DNA of 55,008 nucleotides from Alphaproteobacteria bacterium (GTDB taxonomy: Bacteria; Pseudomonadota; Alphaproteobacteria; UBA6615). The position numbers were made by a program, and so were the translations under genes. Under the pieces are notes generated by a model. That model was given only the letters and a program-made list of their open reading frames with translations, made no database searches and was not told the DNA's origin. Below are positions 20,269 to 32,143 of this stretch, in pieces. Every line of letters starts with the position of its first letter. Position 1 is the first letter of the stretch. The DNA lies in the NCBI GenBank assembly GCA_965261975.1, contig CBDHEC010000026.1, forward strand, positions 1 to 55,008, read 5' to 3'.

Positions 20269-20832
20269 CTAGTTGAGTTTGCCCGGTACTTCCCGGATCG
20301 CGTCGTCGACCAACTCGTCGCCTTTCTGGCCCTCGACCGTCTCGGTCAGGATTTGCCGGGTGGCGTCGATCGCGATATCCGCGGCCAGTGCACGCACGTC
20401 GGCGACCGCGCGCGCTTCGGCTGCCGCGATCATGTCCAGGGCCTGCTGTTCGCGGCGCTTGAGCGTTTCGGTCGTCCGCTCCTGGACATTTGCCTCGATG
20501 CGCCGGGCCTCTTCGCGTGCCTCGGCGACGATGCCTTCGGCTTCCGCCAGCGCGTCGCGTTGCTTGCGCTGATATTCGGCCAGAGTGTGTTGCGCTTCTT
20601 CACGCAGACGCTGTGCCTCATCGAGCTCGGACTTGATGGCCTCCGTTCGGCCGTCGAGCTTGCCCGTGATGGCTTTTGACGCAGGGCGATAAACCGCCGC
20701 GATAAAGATAATGAAAGCGACGAGAATCCAGGTTTCCGGCCTTTCGAGGAACGGCACATCGTCGCCGGCCGCCAGGGCCGGCGCGGAGGAGGCCAGGAGG
20801 GCCGAGGTGGCAATGGTCAGCCGTAGCAGCAT
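20269..20832 (-). CDS. atpF: F0F1 ATP synthase subunit b
   Basis: PETWILVAFIIF TM segment, then coiled coil ELDEAQRLREEA; last gene of the F0 operon. Confidence 0.93.
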   Translation of the reverse strand: MLLRLTIATSALLASSAPALAAGDDVPFLERPETWILVAFIIFIAAVYRPASKAITGKLDGRTEAIKSELDEAQRLREEAQHTLAEYQRKQRDALAEAEGIVAEAREEARRIEANVQERTTETLKRREQQALDMIAAAEARAVADVRALAADIAIDATRQILTETVEGQKGDELVDDAIREVPGKLN

Positions 20833-21323
20833 TACGAACGCCCTCCGACGGCATCATCGATGGCCTTCCGCACGGCACCGCTGTCCGGCGTCACTCCGAT
20901 CAGGCGTTCGACGGCCTCACTGGCGATATCTTCCACGAGATCCGCCACGTTTGCCGTCGCGGCTTGCTGGGCGTCGTTGATCCGCTTGCGCGCCGCATCG
21001 GCATCCGCCGACAGCTTCTCGGTGAGTGCCGCATTGTGCTTTTCAGCTTCATCTGTCGCCGCTTCAGCAGCCTGATGAAGCTGTTCCTGCGCACCGGCGC
21101 GTGCCGTGGCCAATTCCGCCTCATAGGCGGCGAGCACCTCTTCGGCCTCGCTCGCCAACTCCTCCGCGCGTGCGATGTCGCCATCGATCCGCTGGTGGCG
21201 GTTGTCGATCGTTGCCGATATCCGTGGCAAGGCGATACGCCAGGCGAACAGGAATACGACGGCGAAGCAGACGACCAGCCAGAATATCTGGCTCGCGAAT
21301 GAGGAGGGTTCAAACTGAGGCAT
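20832..21323 (-). CDS. atpF2: F0F1 ATP synthase subunit b'
   Basis: MPQFEPSSFASQIFWL...ALPRI N-terminus typical of alphaproteobacterial b'. Confidence 0.93.
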   Translation of the reverse strand: MPQFEPSSFASQIFWLVVCFAVVFLFAWRIALPRISATIDNRHQRIDGDIARAEELASEAEEVLAAYEAELATARAGAQEQLHQAAEAATDEAEKHNAALTEKLSADADAARKRINDAQQAATANVADLVEDIASEAVERLIGVTPDSGAVRKAIDDAVGGRS

Positions 21324-21414
21324 CTTGGCGCTCTTCCGCTTTCGATCCGGTCACCGACCGGGCGTGCCCTGGGGCAGCCGGTCAGGTGGCCTTAACCGTT
21401 GCGTCCGGTTTCGA

Positions 21415-21654
21415 CTAACCGGCGAGGATGATGAAAGCCATAATCAGCGCGAACAGCGCGATGGCTTCCGTGACCGCGAACCCGATCCAGATGAACGCGC
21501 CAATTTCTTCCTTGGCGGCGGGGTTGCGACCGATAGCTTCGATGTAGCTGGCCCAGATGCGACCGACACCGACACCGGCACCGACCATGCCGATGGCGGC
21601 CAGACCGGCACCAATCAAACGCGCGAACTGCGTTGCGACTTCGAGTTCCATCAT
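21415..21654 (-). CDS. atpE: F0F1 ATP synthase subunit c
   Basis: IGAGLAAIGMVGAGVGVG, RNP loop and FAVTEAIALF; GAAGGAG RBS. Confidence 0.97.
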   Translation of the reverse strand: MMELEVATQFARLIGAGLAAIGMVGAGVGVGRIWASYIEAIGRNPAAKEEIGAFIWIGFAVTEAIALFALIMAFIILAG

Positions 21655-21687
21655 AAAAGGCTCCTTCAAGCTTTCTCGTATTGGGGA

Positions 21688-22422
21688 CTAATGTAGGTGG
21701 AGTGCGTCATTGAGATAGACGCATGTGAGGATGGCGAACACGTAGGCCTGGATGACGGCAATCATCACCTCGAGCAACGTGATGGCGATCAGGAAGGCCA
21801 GCGGCAGCAGGCCGGGCAGAACCCAGAAGCCGCCAAGCGCGACAACGCCGCCGCCGATCACTTTGAGTAGGACATGGCCGACGGTCATGTTGGCGAACAA
21901 ACGCACCGACAGGCTGATCGGACGTGAGAAATAGGAAATGATCTCGATCGGAATCAGGACCGGCGCCGAGACGATCGGCGCGCCGTGGGGGAAGAACAGC
22001 GAGAAGAATTTGAAGCCGTGCTTCACCAGGCCGATGATTGTGACCCCGACGAAAATGAATGCCGCCATCGCGAAGGTCACCGCGAGATGGCTGGTGAATG
22101 TGAACGCGCCGGGAATCAGGCCGAGCAGGTTGCCGAACATGATGAACATGAACAGGCTGAATATGAACGGGAAATAGGGTCGACCCTGGGATCCCACATT
22201 GTCGCGCACCATGTCCGCGATGATTTGGTAGAAATATTCCGCCGAAGCCTGCATGCGCCCGGGCACCAACGCGCGACGCTGGGTGCTGACGATCATGAAG
22301 ATCACCAGAACCGCCGCTGTGATAGCCATCCAGAGCGATGAGTTCGTGAACGAAATATCGATATCGGCAACTTCGATATCGACGATCGGTACGATTGTGA
22401 ATTGTTCGAGAGGGCTAGCCAC
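21688..22422 (-). CDS. atpB: F0F1 ATP synthase subunit a
   Basis: SPLEQF, FTNSS, RPISLSVRLFANM and IQAYVF motifs. Confidence 0.98.
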   Translation of the reverse strand: MASPLEQFTIVPIVDIEVADIDISFTNSSLWMAITAAVLVIFMIVSTQRRALVPGRMQASAEYFYQIIADMVRDNVGSQGRPYFPFIFSLFMFIMFGNLLGLIPGAFTFTSHLAVTFAMAAFIFVGVTIIGLVKHGFKFFSLFFPHGAPIVSAPVLIPIEIISYFSRPISLSVRLFANMTVGHVLLKVIGGGVVALGGFWVLPGLLPLAFLIAITLLEVMIAVIQAYVFAILTCVYLNDALHLH

Positions 22423-22469
22423 CCGGGTACTCTCCAGTCTTCTTCGGCATATTGCCGACGCGTTTGTAA

Positions 22470-22799
22470 CTATGCGTCGGTATCACCGTTTGTCTTCGGT
22501 TTGCTTGCCTGATTTGCGGTTCTAACGACGTTGAGTAATCCCGCCGCAAATCCAAGCATTAAGAACACCACCAACAACCAGGGCTTCGTGCCCAACCACC
22601 AATCCAGGCTCCAGCCGATTCCACCGCCAAAACCCACTCCGGCTACCAGATCGACGGCGACTTTGATGCCGACACCCATGTCCGAAGCACTTCTCGACCG
22701 CACCGAGGCCTTACGTTCTGCCCCCGCGCGACGGTCGCGAACCTTGCCAAGGCGCCGTTTGAGTTCAGGCAGTTCGGGCGGTTGGTCCGGATCTGTCAT
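22470..22799 (-). CDS. atpI: AtpZ/AtpI family protein
   Basis: DLVAGVGFGGGIGWSLDWWLGTKPW...GFAAGLLNV; first gene of the F0 operon. Confidence 0.9.
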   Translation of the reverse strand: MTDPDQPPELPELKRRLGKVRDRRAGAERKASVRSRSASDMGVGIKVAVDLVAGVGFGGGIGWSLDWWLGTKPWLLVVFLMLGFAAGLLNVVRTANQASKPKTNGDTDA

Positions 22800-22864
22800 G
22801 GACCCCATTTCCCCCGAAAAGCTGTTCCCGCCGTCCAACAGGACCGGCACCCGAAAGCGAGCGC

Positions 22865-22893
22865 AAAGTAGCGAGCGCCCTTGGGCAAGTCAA
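22865..22893 (-). promoter_or_regulatory. Putative sigma70 promoter of the F0 atp operon
   Basis: Minus strand TTGACT-N17-TACTTT. Confidence 0.7.
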
Positions 22894-22984
22894 GGCGACT
22901 TTCCGCACATGCGAAGAGGGGCGGAAGCCCCGGAAAACCGGGCCAAAATCGGTTGAAAAATGAAACTTGTTCGCAACCAAAACC

Positions 22985-25900
22985 CTAGGCGATGGCGCGA
23001 ATTTCCTCAGCCCCGCGAAGGTCGACCGAGACGAGTTGACTGATGCCACGTTCGGGCATCGTCACACCGTAGAGACGATCCATACGGGCCATCGTCATGC
23101 GGTGATGTGTGACGATCAGGAAACGGGTCGTGCCGATCGATGAAATGTGGTCGAGCAGATTACAGAAACGGTCGACGTTGGCGTCGTCGAGCGGGGCGTC
23201 GACCTCATCGAGCACACAGATCGGGGCGGGGTTGGTCAGGAACACCGCAAACAGCAGCGCCGTCGCAGTCAGTGCCTGTTCACCGCCCGACAGGAGAGAC
23301 AGGGCCTGGAGCTTCTTGCCCGGCGGGCTGGCAAAGATTTCGAGCCCGGCCTGGAGCGGGTCTTCCGCCTCGGTCAATTCGAGATGGGCCCGCCCGCCGC
23401 CGAACAGGCGCACGAACAGATCCTGGAAATGCTTGTCGACTTCTTCGAAGGAGGCAAGCAGCCGTTGCCGGGCCTCGCGGTTGAGGCTGGCGATGCCGCG
23501 CCGCAGGCGGTCGATCGCCGATACGAGGTCCTCGCGTTCGGTCTGGATCGTCTCGATCTTCTCGGTCAGCTCTTCCGATTCCTGTTCCGCACGCAGGTTT
23601 ACCGGCCCCATATTGTCGCGCTCGCGCAACAGTCGCTCGAGGCGACGGTCGGATGCCTCAAGGTCCGGCAATTCCTTGCCCTCGGCGATCTCCGCCAGGG
23701 CCAGCACGTCCTCGGGCTTGCACTCCAGCCGCTCGGTAATCCGTTCGATGACGGTTTCCAGCGTTTGGGTTGCCTGGGCGACGGCGGATTCCGTACGGAC
23801 CTTGTTCTCGCGGACGTTCCCGAGTTTCGCTTCGGCGTCCCGCATTGTCCGCTCTGCCTGGGAGAGCTTTTCATCGGCCCGCGCGACCGCGTCAGCCGCC
23901 TCGTTGCGCCGTGCTTCCGACGCGGTGAGACGGTCCATCAGCGCGTTGCGCTGGGTCTCGATTTCGGCCGGCCGGGTGGCGAGGGTCTGCAACTCGCCGC
24001 GTGCCTGTGCGTCGCGGGCCTCGAGCTCGCCGATGCGTTCGCCCGCACCGTTGTCGCGGGCCTGCCAGGATGTTTCCTCGGCGGCGAGCGCGGTGATGCG
24101 GCGATGGCGTTCTTCGGATTCACGTACCAGCCGGTCGTGCTCGCCCTGTGCGGCGACGGCGGCAGCGCGGGCCTCGTTGAGTTGGCCGCGCAGGGCCTGG
24201 GTGTTGCTGCGCAACGTGTCGAGATCGCCGACGTCCTTTTGCCGCGTGCGGGCATCGTCCAGCCGGGAATCGATATCGGTAATGTCGGTTTGGATGCGGG
24301 CCAGGGTTTCCCCAAGGTTTTCATGGCGCGCGATCCGGGCCGCAAACTCACGCGCCAGGCCGGCATGCGCGCGCCGCGAATCTGCGGCGGTGTCGTCGGC
24401 GGCTTCGAGTGCCGCGCGAGCGGTCCGTGCGGCTTCGCCGGCCCGGTCGGCGGCCTCGCGGGCATTCCGGTGCTCGGCCTCGACCTTCTCGAAACTGGAC
24501 TCGGCTGCGGTGATGCGCCCGCCCAGTTCGTTCAGGCGGTTGCGCTGGCGCAGCCGGGTCGATGTGGTCGAGCGTGCGTCGTTGCGCGAAGTGTAGCCGT
24601 CCCAGCGCCAGAAATTCCCGGTGGTGTCGACGAGCCGTTGCCCGGTCTTCAGGTCCCGCGCGAGCCGGTCACCGGTCTCGACATCCCGGACCACGCCGAT
24701 CTGTGCCAGGCGGCGGGCCAGCGGCCCGGCCTTGCTGACAAACTCGCTGAGCGGGCGGACACCCGAAGGCAGGCCGGGGTCTTCCGCCGGTACGCCCATG
24801 ATCTGCCAGTGGCGCGGGGCCCGGTCGTCCGACGGCGCGTCCAGATCCTCGCCCAGCGCGGCCCCGAGCGCCGCCTCATAGCCGGCGGTCACCTCGACCG
24901 CATCGATCATCGGCGTCCAGTCGGCATCGAGGGTTTCTGCCTCGGTGGCCAGCAAATCCTCAAGCGCGCCGGCTTCCGCACGCAGGCGCGACAGGGCTTC
25001 ATCGGCCTGTGATCGGGCGTCGCGTGCCTTGTCGCGTTCGACGTCCGCAAGTTCGCGTTTCTCTTCGGCGGTCTCCAGGGTCGCGCGGGCGCTCTTGAGA
25101 TTTTCCTCCGCACCGTTCAGGCGCGTTTCCGCGGTCTCGAGTTCGTCCGAGGAGAGTCCCTGTTCCTCGATGGCCGTGCGCTCGGCCTTGGCCTCGTCCT
25201 GTTGTGTTTCGAGCCTGCGGCGGCGGGCGGAAAGTTCGCCGACCTCGCGTTCGAGGGCGACGATCTGCGCTTCGCCGGTGGCCAGGCGTTCCATCAACTG
25301 GGTGAGTTCGGCCTCGACGGCCTCGACGCGGCCAGCCCGCGCTTCGAGGGTGGTGCGGGTCTCGGCGATGAGTGCGTCTTCGCCCGCACACGCGCGTTCG
25401 ATTTCGGCCTTTTCCGTCCCCAGCCGGGTCAAGGCATTGCGCGCTTCCGCGGCGAGGCCGCGTTCACGGCCCAGATCGGCCTCGATCTGCGTCAGGCGGG
25501 TTTCCCACTGCTCCGTCGCCGCGCGGTTGCGCTGCTCTTCGGCGTCGAGCTCCTCGCGGGCGAGGTTGAGGGTCTGCAGTTCTGCCGCGGCCGCAGCCTC
25601 GGTCTCGCGCAGCGGCACCAGTTCTGCCGCGGCGGTCTCGCGCAGGCGCGTGGCTTCCGACACCACCCGTGTCTGGTCGGCCACCAGGGTCTCGGCACCG
25701 CGCAGAGCTTCTTCTGCCTCGGCGACGTCGGTGCCGGCCGCAGACCAGCGATGATGCAGGACGGTGGCCTCGGTGCGGCGGATATCGTGTGAGATGTTCT
25801 TGTAGCGCCGGGCCTGGCGGACCTGTTTCTTGAGGCCGTTCAGCTGGGCGTCGAGGGTCACCAGGACATCGTCGAGCCGTTCGAGATTGTTCTCGGCGGC

Positions 25901-26455
25901 GCGCAGCCGCAGCTCGGCCTCGTGGCGGCGTGAGTGCAGCCCGGTGATGCCGGCGGCTTCTTCGAGCAGGATGCGGCGGTCGGTTGGCTTGGCGTTGATC
26001 AGCGCCCCGACGCGGCCCTGGCTGACGAGTGCCGTCGAGCGTGGCCCGGTCGCCTGATCGGCGAACAGGATCTGCACGTCGCGCGCGCGAACGTCGCCGC
26101 CGTTGATCTTGTAATTCGAGCCCTTCTCTCGCTCGATGCGACGCGAGATTTCGATGTCGTCGGTATTGTTGAACTGGGTCGGCGCCGAGCGCTCGGAATT
26201 ATCGAGGCTGAGCACGACTTCGGCGGCGTTGCGCGCCGGGCGGTCGGAGGTGCCGCCGAAGATGACGTCATCCATGCCGCCGCCACGCATCTGCTTGGCC
26301 GATGTCTCGCCCATGACCCAGCGCAGGGCTTCCACGAGGTTGGATTTGCCGCACCCGTTGGGGCCGACAATACCGGTCAGGCCGGGCGCGATATCGAGAT
26401 CGGTCCCGTCAACGAACGATTTGAAGCCTGTCAGTCTCAGCTTGTTGAACTGCAC
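22985..26455 (-). CDS. smc: Chromosome segregation protein SMC
   Basis: GFKSF, Walker A GPNGCGKSN, long coiled coils with hinge, LSGGE and LDEVDAPLD. Confidence 0.98.
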   Translation of the reverse strand: MQFNKLRLTGFKSFVDGTDLDIAPGLTGIVGPNGCGKSNLVEALRWVMGETSAKQMRGGGMDDVIFGGTSDRPARNAAEVVLSLDNSERSAPTQFNNTDDIEISRRIEREKGSNYKINGGDVRARDVQILFADQATGPRSTALVSQGRVGALINAKPTDRRILLEEAAGITGLHSRRHEAELRLRAAENNLERLDDVLVTLDAQLNGLKKQVRQARRYKNISHDIRRTEATVLHHRWSAAGTDVAEAEEALRGAETLVADQTRVVSEATRLRETAAAELVPLRETEAAAAAELQTLNLAREELDAEEQRNRAATEQWETRLTQIEADLGRERGLAAEARNALTRLGTEKAEIERACAGEDALIAETRTTLEARAGRVEAVEAELTQLMERLATGEAQIVALEREVGELSARRRRLETQQDEAKAERTAIEEQGLSSDELETAETRLNGAEENLKSARATLETAEEKRELADVERDKARDARSQADEALSRLRAEAGALEDLLATEAETLDADWTPMIDAVEVTAGYEAALGAALGEDLDAPSDDRAPRHWQIMGVPAEDPGLPSGVRPLSEFVSKAGPLARRLAQIGVVRDVETGDRLARDLKTGQRLVDTTGNFWRWDGYTSRNDARSTTSTRLRQRNRLNELGGRITAAESSFEKVEAEHRNAREAADRAGEAARTARAALEAADDTAADSRRAHAGLAREFAARIARHENLGETLARIQTDITDIDSRLDDARTRQKDVGDLDTLRSNTQALRGQLNEARAAAVAAQGEHDRLVRESEERHRRITALAAEETSWQARDNGAGERIGELEARDAQARGELQTLATRPAEIETQRNALMDRLTASEARRNEAADAVARADEKLSQAERTMRDAEAKLGNVRENKVRTESAVAQATQTLETVIERITERLECKPEDVLALAEIAEGKELPDLEASDRRLERLLRERDNMGPVNLRAEQESEELTEKIETIQTEREDLVSAIDRLRRGIASLNREARQRLLASFEEVDKHFQDLFVRLFGGGRAHLELTEAEDPLQAGLEIFASPPGKKLQALSLLSGGEQALTATALLFAVFLTNPAPICVLDEVDAPLDDANVDRFCNLLDHISSIGTTRFLIVTHHRMTMARMDRLYGVTMPERGISQLVSVDLRGAEEIRAIA

Positions 26456-26519
26456 CGGTACGTAACCCCCAAAAAAGAACTCTGCCTATAAGCTGTCGCG
26501 CATTGTGAACACCGAATCA

Positions 26520-27137
26520 CTACTTCGCCAGAAGCGGATCGATGATTTCCGAGAATTCCTCCATCGAACGCGATCCTGCATAAAGCTGACCGTCGATCGC
26601 GAATGTCGGTGTGCTCTGAACCCCCTGAGAGCTTGCGTTCTGGCGCTCGGCGAGCAGCCCGTTCGCGAGTTCCTCGTTGGCGATGCAGCTCTGGAATGTG
26701 GCGTCGTCGATCCCCGCCAGGCGGCCGATCTTCGCCAATTCACCCACAGGGTCATTTGATTGTGCCCAGCTGGACTGATTCTTGAACAACACCTGGATCA
26801 GGCCCGCATAGCGGCGCGGATCGGCGCAGCGCGCCATCATTGCCGCGCGAAGGTCCACGCCGTTGAGCGGGAATTCGCGATACACGAAGCGGACCTTGCC
26901 CGTGTCCACGTATTTCTTCTTGAGGTCGCCATAGACGTCGTTTTGAAAGCCCGCACAATGGGGACAGGTGAGCGAGAAATACTCGATCACCGTCAACGGT
27001 GCGTCGGCGCTCCCGATGGAGCGCTCCTGCAGCGCCGCGGCCGGATCGATGGCCTGCTGCGCGGGGGCAGCCGTGGCCGCAAATGCGAGCGCAATCACGC
27101 CGGCCAGGGCGGTACCAATTCCTCTATATAGGCGCAC
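26520..27137 (-). CDS. DsbA family thioredoxin-fold protein
   Basis: Signal peptide, EYFSLTCPHCA, REFPL and STPTF; GTG start after GGAGG. Confidence 0.93.
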   Translation of the reverse strand: MRLYRGIGTALAGVIALAFAATAAPAQQAIDPAAALQERSIGSADAPLTVIEYFSLTCPHCAGFQNDVYGDLKKKYVDTGKVRFVYREFPLNGVDLRAAMMARCADPRRYAGLIQVLFKNQSSWAQSNDPVGELAKIGRLAGIDDATFQSCIANEELANGLLAERQNASSQGVQSTPTFAIDGQLYAGSRSMEEFSEIIDPLLAK

Positions 27138-27306
27138 AAAGTCCTCCAAACACAAGATGTAGCGAGTATACGGACCTGCCTTCGCATGGCACAAGCGCGG
27201 AAAAACAGCGTTTTACCAATCGGTTAGTAGGCCTGTGGGTGATCCTGGCAGGCAAATGTGACGGAAAGGAGATGATTATTGCGCCGCGGTAGGCCGCGGG
27301 CGCGGG

Positions 27307-27819
27307 TTATTCGGTGCTGTCCGGCTTGTTTCGCGCCAGCACGGATTCTCCGAAATCCCGCAGCGCACGGCGCAACTCGGGGTCATCGACGGCGGCTAGA
27401 TTCTCGTCGAGTTGTGCCATGTCCGCGGCATTTGCCTGCACTGGCTTGACGGGTTTCGGGCGTTCGGGCGCGGTGATCGGACCCTGATGCAGGCGCAGGG
27501 CCGCGACCGCCCGGTAGCCGTAGAAGGAATTGATCCGTTCGATGACTTGAGGCTCGAGATGCTGCAGTTCGAGCGCGAGTGGGCCCGTCACCTTTACATG
27601 CAGGGTACCGCCTTCGCCTTCCGGTCCGCGAACCAGGCGCATCGGCACGCACTGGCTGGCCAGGTCGTCGCCGACGATATCGCGCCAGTCCGAGAACACG
27701 CTGGCTTCGAAAAAACCTCGCTTGCGCCGGATCGATGCGGTGGCGCGGCTGCTCTCCGCGCCGATAGCGCGTAGCCCGCCGGCGCGCTTGTTCGCCTTAT
27801 TGTCGGTTTTCGAGGCCAT
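27307..27819 (-). CDS. DUF721 / DciA family protein
   Basis: WRDIVG, ALELQH and RINSFYGY motifs; conserved position divergent from mutY. Confidence 0.88.
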   Translation of the reverse strand: MASKTDNKANKRAGGLRAIGAESSRATASIRRKRGFFEASVFSDWRDIVGDDLASQCVPMRLVRGPEGEGGTLHVKVTGPLALELQHLEPQVIERINSFYGYRAVAALRLHQGPITAPERPKPVKPVQANAADMAQLDENLAAVDDPELRRALRDFGESVLARNKPDSTE

Positions 27820-27862
27820 GGTGCATGGTAGAAGGCGGGGCCGAACGCCACAATGTTTCTCA

Positions 27863-30056
<2,194 letters not shown>

Positions 30057-30111
30057 TCACCGTCAATCGGAAAATCACCAGGAAGCCGATTTAGTGTTTG
30101 GAGTCAGCCGG

Positions 30112-30735
30112 TTAACGAGATGTTGGGGTGTCTTCGAGCAATTTGCGTATGGGTGCGAAGCTGCGCCGGTGATGAATTGTGACCCCTAGGGATTCCAGCG
30201 CGTTCCGGTGCTCCGCCGTGCCATAGCCGGCGTTGCGCTCCCAGCCATATCCGGGATGGTCGCTTGCGAGAGCCGTCATCATCCGGTCGCGCGTCACTTT
30301 TGCCGCGATCGATGCGGCAGCAATCGCCAAAATCTTGGAATCACCCCGTACCACCGTCTCGCCGGGGCAGGGAAGTTCCGGCAGCTGGTTGCCGTCGATG
30401 AGTGCACGCACCGGTGCGACCGGCAGCGCGGTCACGGCCCGGGTCATGGCCCGCAACGTCGCGTGCAGAATATTGTGTTCGTCGATTTCGGGCACCTCGG
30501 CGGCCTCGATCGACAACCATAGCGTTCCTCGGTCTTCCTCCGCACGGATGATCTCGAAGCAGCGTTCGCGCGCGGCCTTGCTGAGGGCCTTGGAATCATT
30601 GACCCCGGCGCGCTGCAGGGCCGCACTGCTCTCGGGGCTCAGGATCGCAGCGGCCGCGACGACCGGCCCGGCCCAGGGGCCGCGGCCGGCTTCATCGACC
30701 CCGGCGATCATTTCGTTGGTGCCAGCATCGAGCAT
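30112..30735 (-). CDS. rnhB: Ribonuclease HII
   Basis: GVDEAGRGPWAGPV, NDSK, AAASIAAKVTRD and HRRSF motifs. Confidence 0.97.
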   Translation of the reverse strand: MLDAGTNEMIAGVDEAGRGPWAGPVVAAAAILSPESSAALQRAGVNDSKALSKAARERCFEIIRAEEDRGTLWLSIEAAEVPEIDEHNILHATLRAMTRAVTALPVAPVRALIDGNQLPELPCPGETVVRGDSKILAIAAASIAAKVTRDRMMTALASDHPGYGWERNAGYGTAEHRNALESLGVTIHHRRSFAPIRKLLEDTPTSR

Positions 30736-30744
30736 GGGTGACGG

Positions 30745-32088
30745 TCAGCCCGAGCCATCGCCGGGAGGCTTGCGCCGCCCCAGCCGTTTCACGCCGTCGG
30801 GAACCGACAAACGTTTGACGCCGTCGGGAACGGAGATTCGAACCCCCGAGGCCTTGCGCACGGCCGACCGGGTCCAGTCGGCCTCCCGCCCGAACGCGAC
30901 GCGGAAGACATAGCGGATCGAGGCGCGCTGGTACTTGGCGACACGGTGCAGGCGCCGGATCGCGCTCATGTAGAGCGGCGAGATAATCAACGACAGGGCC
31001 GTGACCGAGAGGATGATCCGAAATTCGTCGATGGTAATGATGCCGCGCTGCAGCCCCACATTGCCGAGCAGGAACGAGAACTCGCCGACCTGGGCGAGGA
31101 TCAGGGCCGTCAGGAGCGCCTGTCCCCAGGGCAAACGAAGGGCCGCAAAAATCGACAGGTTGATCGCGGTCTTCCCGACGGTGACGATCAACAACATCAG
31201 GATAATGATGCCGAGATTTTCCCAGATCAGCGACAGATCGATCAGCAGTCCGACGGACAGGAAGAACACCATCATCAGCACGCTCTGGATCGGCATCACC
31301 ATGTCCAGCATGCCGACGCGGAGGTTGCTGTTGCCAATGGTGAGCCCGGCCAGGAACGCGCCATAGGCAGGCGAGAGGCCGAGCAGGCCGGATATGGTAG
31401 CGGCGCCGAAACAGCAAACCAGCCCGAGCAGCGGGGTCAGGTCCTTATGACCTTCGGTCGTGCTCAGTACCGGAATGTTCAACCGCTGGCGCCGGCTCAG
31501 GAAAAGGATGAGGCCCAGCAACAGCGCGACCGACAGGACGATCCTGCCGACGGCGAAGATGCTGAAGGCGCCGACCGCAACCACATCGAGGAGCAGGATC
31601 ATCGGTACGACGGCAAGGTCCTGAGCGATCAGGATGCCGACGGTGATTCGGCCGGTGCGGGTGCGCAGTTCCCCGATATCCTCGAGCATCTTCACCGCGA
31701 CGGCGGTGCTCGACAGCGCCAGGACAAAAGCGAGCAGGACCACCGCAGCGAGGGGCCAGGCCTGTCCCTGGCCGATCAGCCAGACAAGCCCCATCGCGCC
31801 TGCGGTCTGCAGGACGACAGTCGTGACGGCTATTCTCCATATCTGGCGGAATGCCCGGAGGCTCAACTCCATGCCGATCACAAAGAGCAGAAGCAGCATG
31901 CCGAGTTCGGCGAGCAGGCCGATGCTCTCTTCGTTCTCGACGAGTTCGAAACCGGAGGGCCCGAGGACCAGTCCGGCAAGAATGTAGCCCACGACGGCGG
32001 GTTGTTTCAGGCGGGTGAGAAAGATGCCGCACGAAAGGGCGACGAGCGCGACGACGGCAAGCGGTAACAGTTCGTCATTGGAGAGCAT
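30745..32088 (-). CDS. Cation:proton antiporter (CPA2 family)
   Basis: VVGYILAGLVLGP, LLFVIGMELS, LSSTAV, LIAQDL and LAQVGEFSF motifs; no C-terminal KTN domain visible. Confidence 0.92.
   Translation of the reverse strand: MLSNDELLPLAVVALVALSCGIFLTRLKQPAVVGYILAGLVLGPSGFELVENEESIGLLAELGMLLLLFVIGMELSLRAFRQIWRIAVTTVVLQTAGAMGLVWLIGQGQAWPLAAVVLLAFVLALSSTAVAVKMLEDIGELRTRTGRITVGILIAQDLAVVPMILLLDVVAVGAFSIFAVGRIVLSVALLLGLILFLSRRQRLNIPVLSTTEGHKDLTPLLGLVCCFGAATISGLLGLSPAYGAFLAGLTIGNSNLRVGMLDMVMPIQSVLMMVFFLSVGLLIDLSLIWENLGIIILMLLIVTVGKTAINLSIFAALRLPWGQALLTALILAQVGEFSFLLGNVGLQRGIITIDEFRIILSVTALSLIISPLYMSAIRRLHRVAKYQRASIRYVFRVAFGREADWTRSAVRKASGVRISVPDGVKRLSVPDGVKRLGRRKPPGDGSG
30781..30834 (-). repeat. 27-bp in-frame tandem duplication encoding SVPDGVKRL twice
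   Basis: cagccgtttcacgccgtcgggaaccga followed by caaacgtttgacgccgtcgggaacgga. Confidence 0.85.
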
Positions 32089-32143
32089 CTTGCGGGCAAA
32101 CTAGCACAACGCCCGCGTCGTACACCGGATTTCAGTTTGAAAT

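Noticed and set aside
22985-26491. Long antisense or alternative-frame ORFs (for example 621 aa and 495 aa opposite smc, and similar ones opposite thrC, MFS, CPA2 and TPR)
   Set aside because: Shadow ORFs expected in high-GC coding DNA; no motifs, and they overlap well-supported genes
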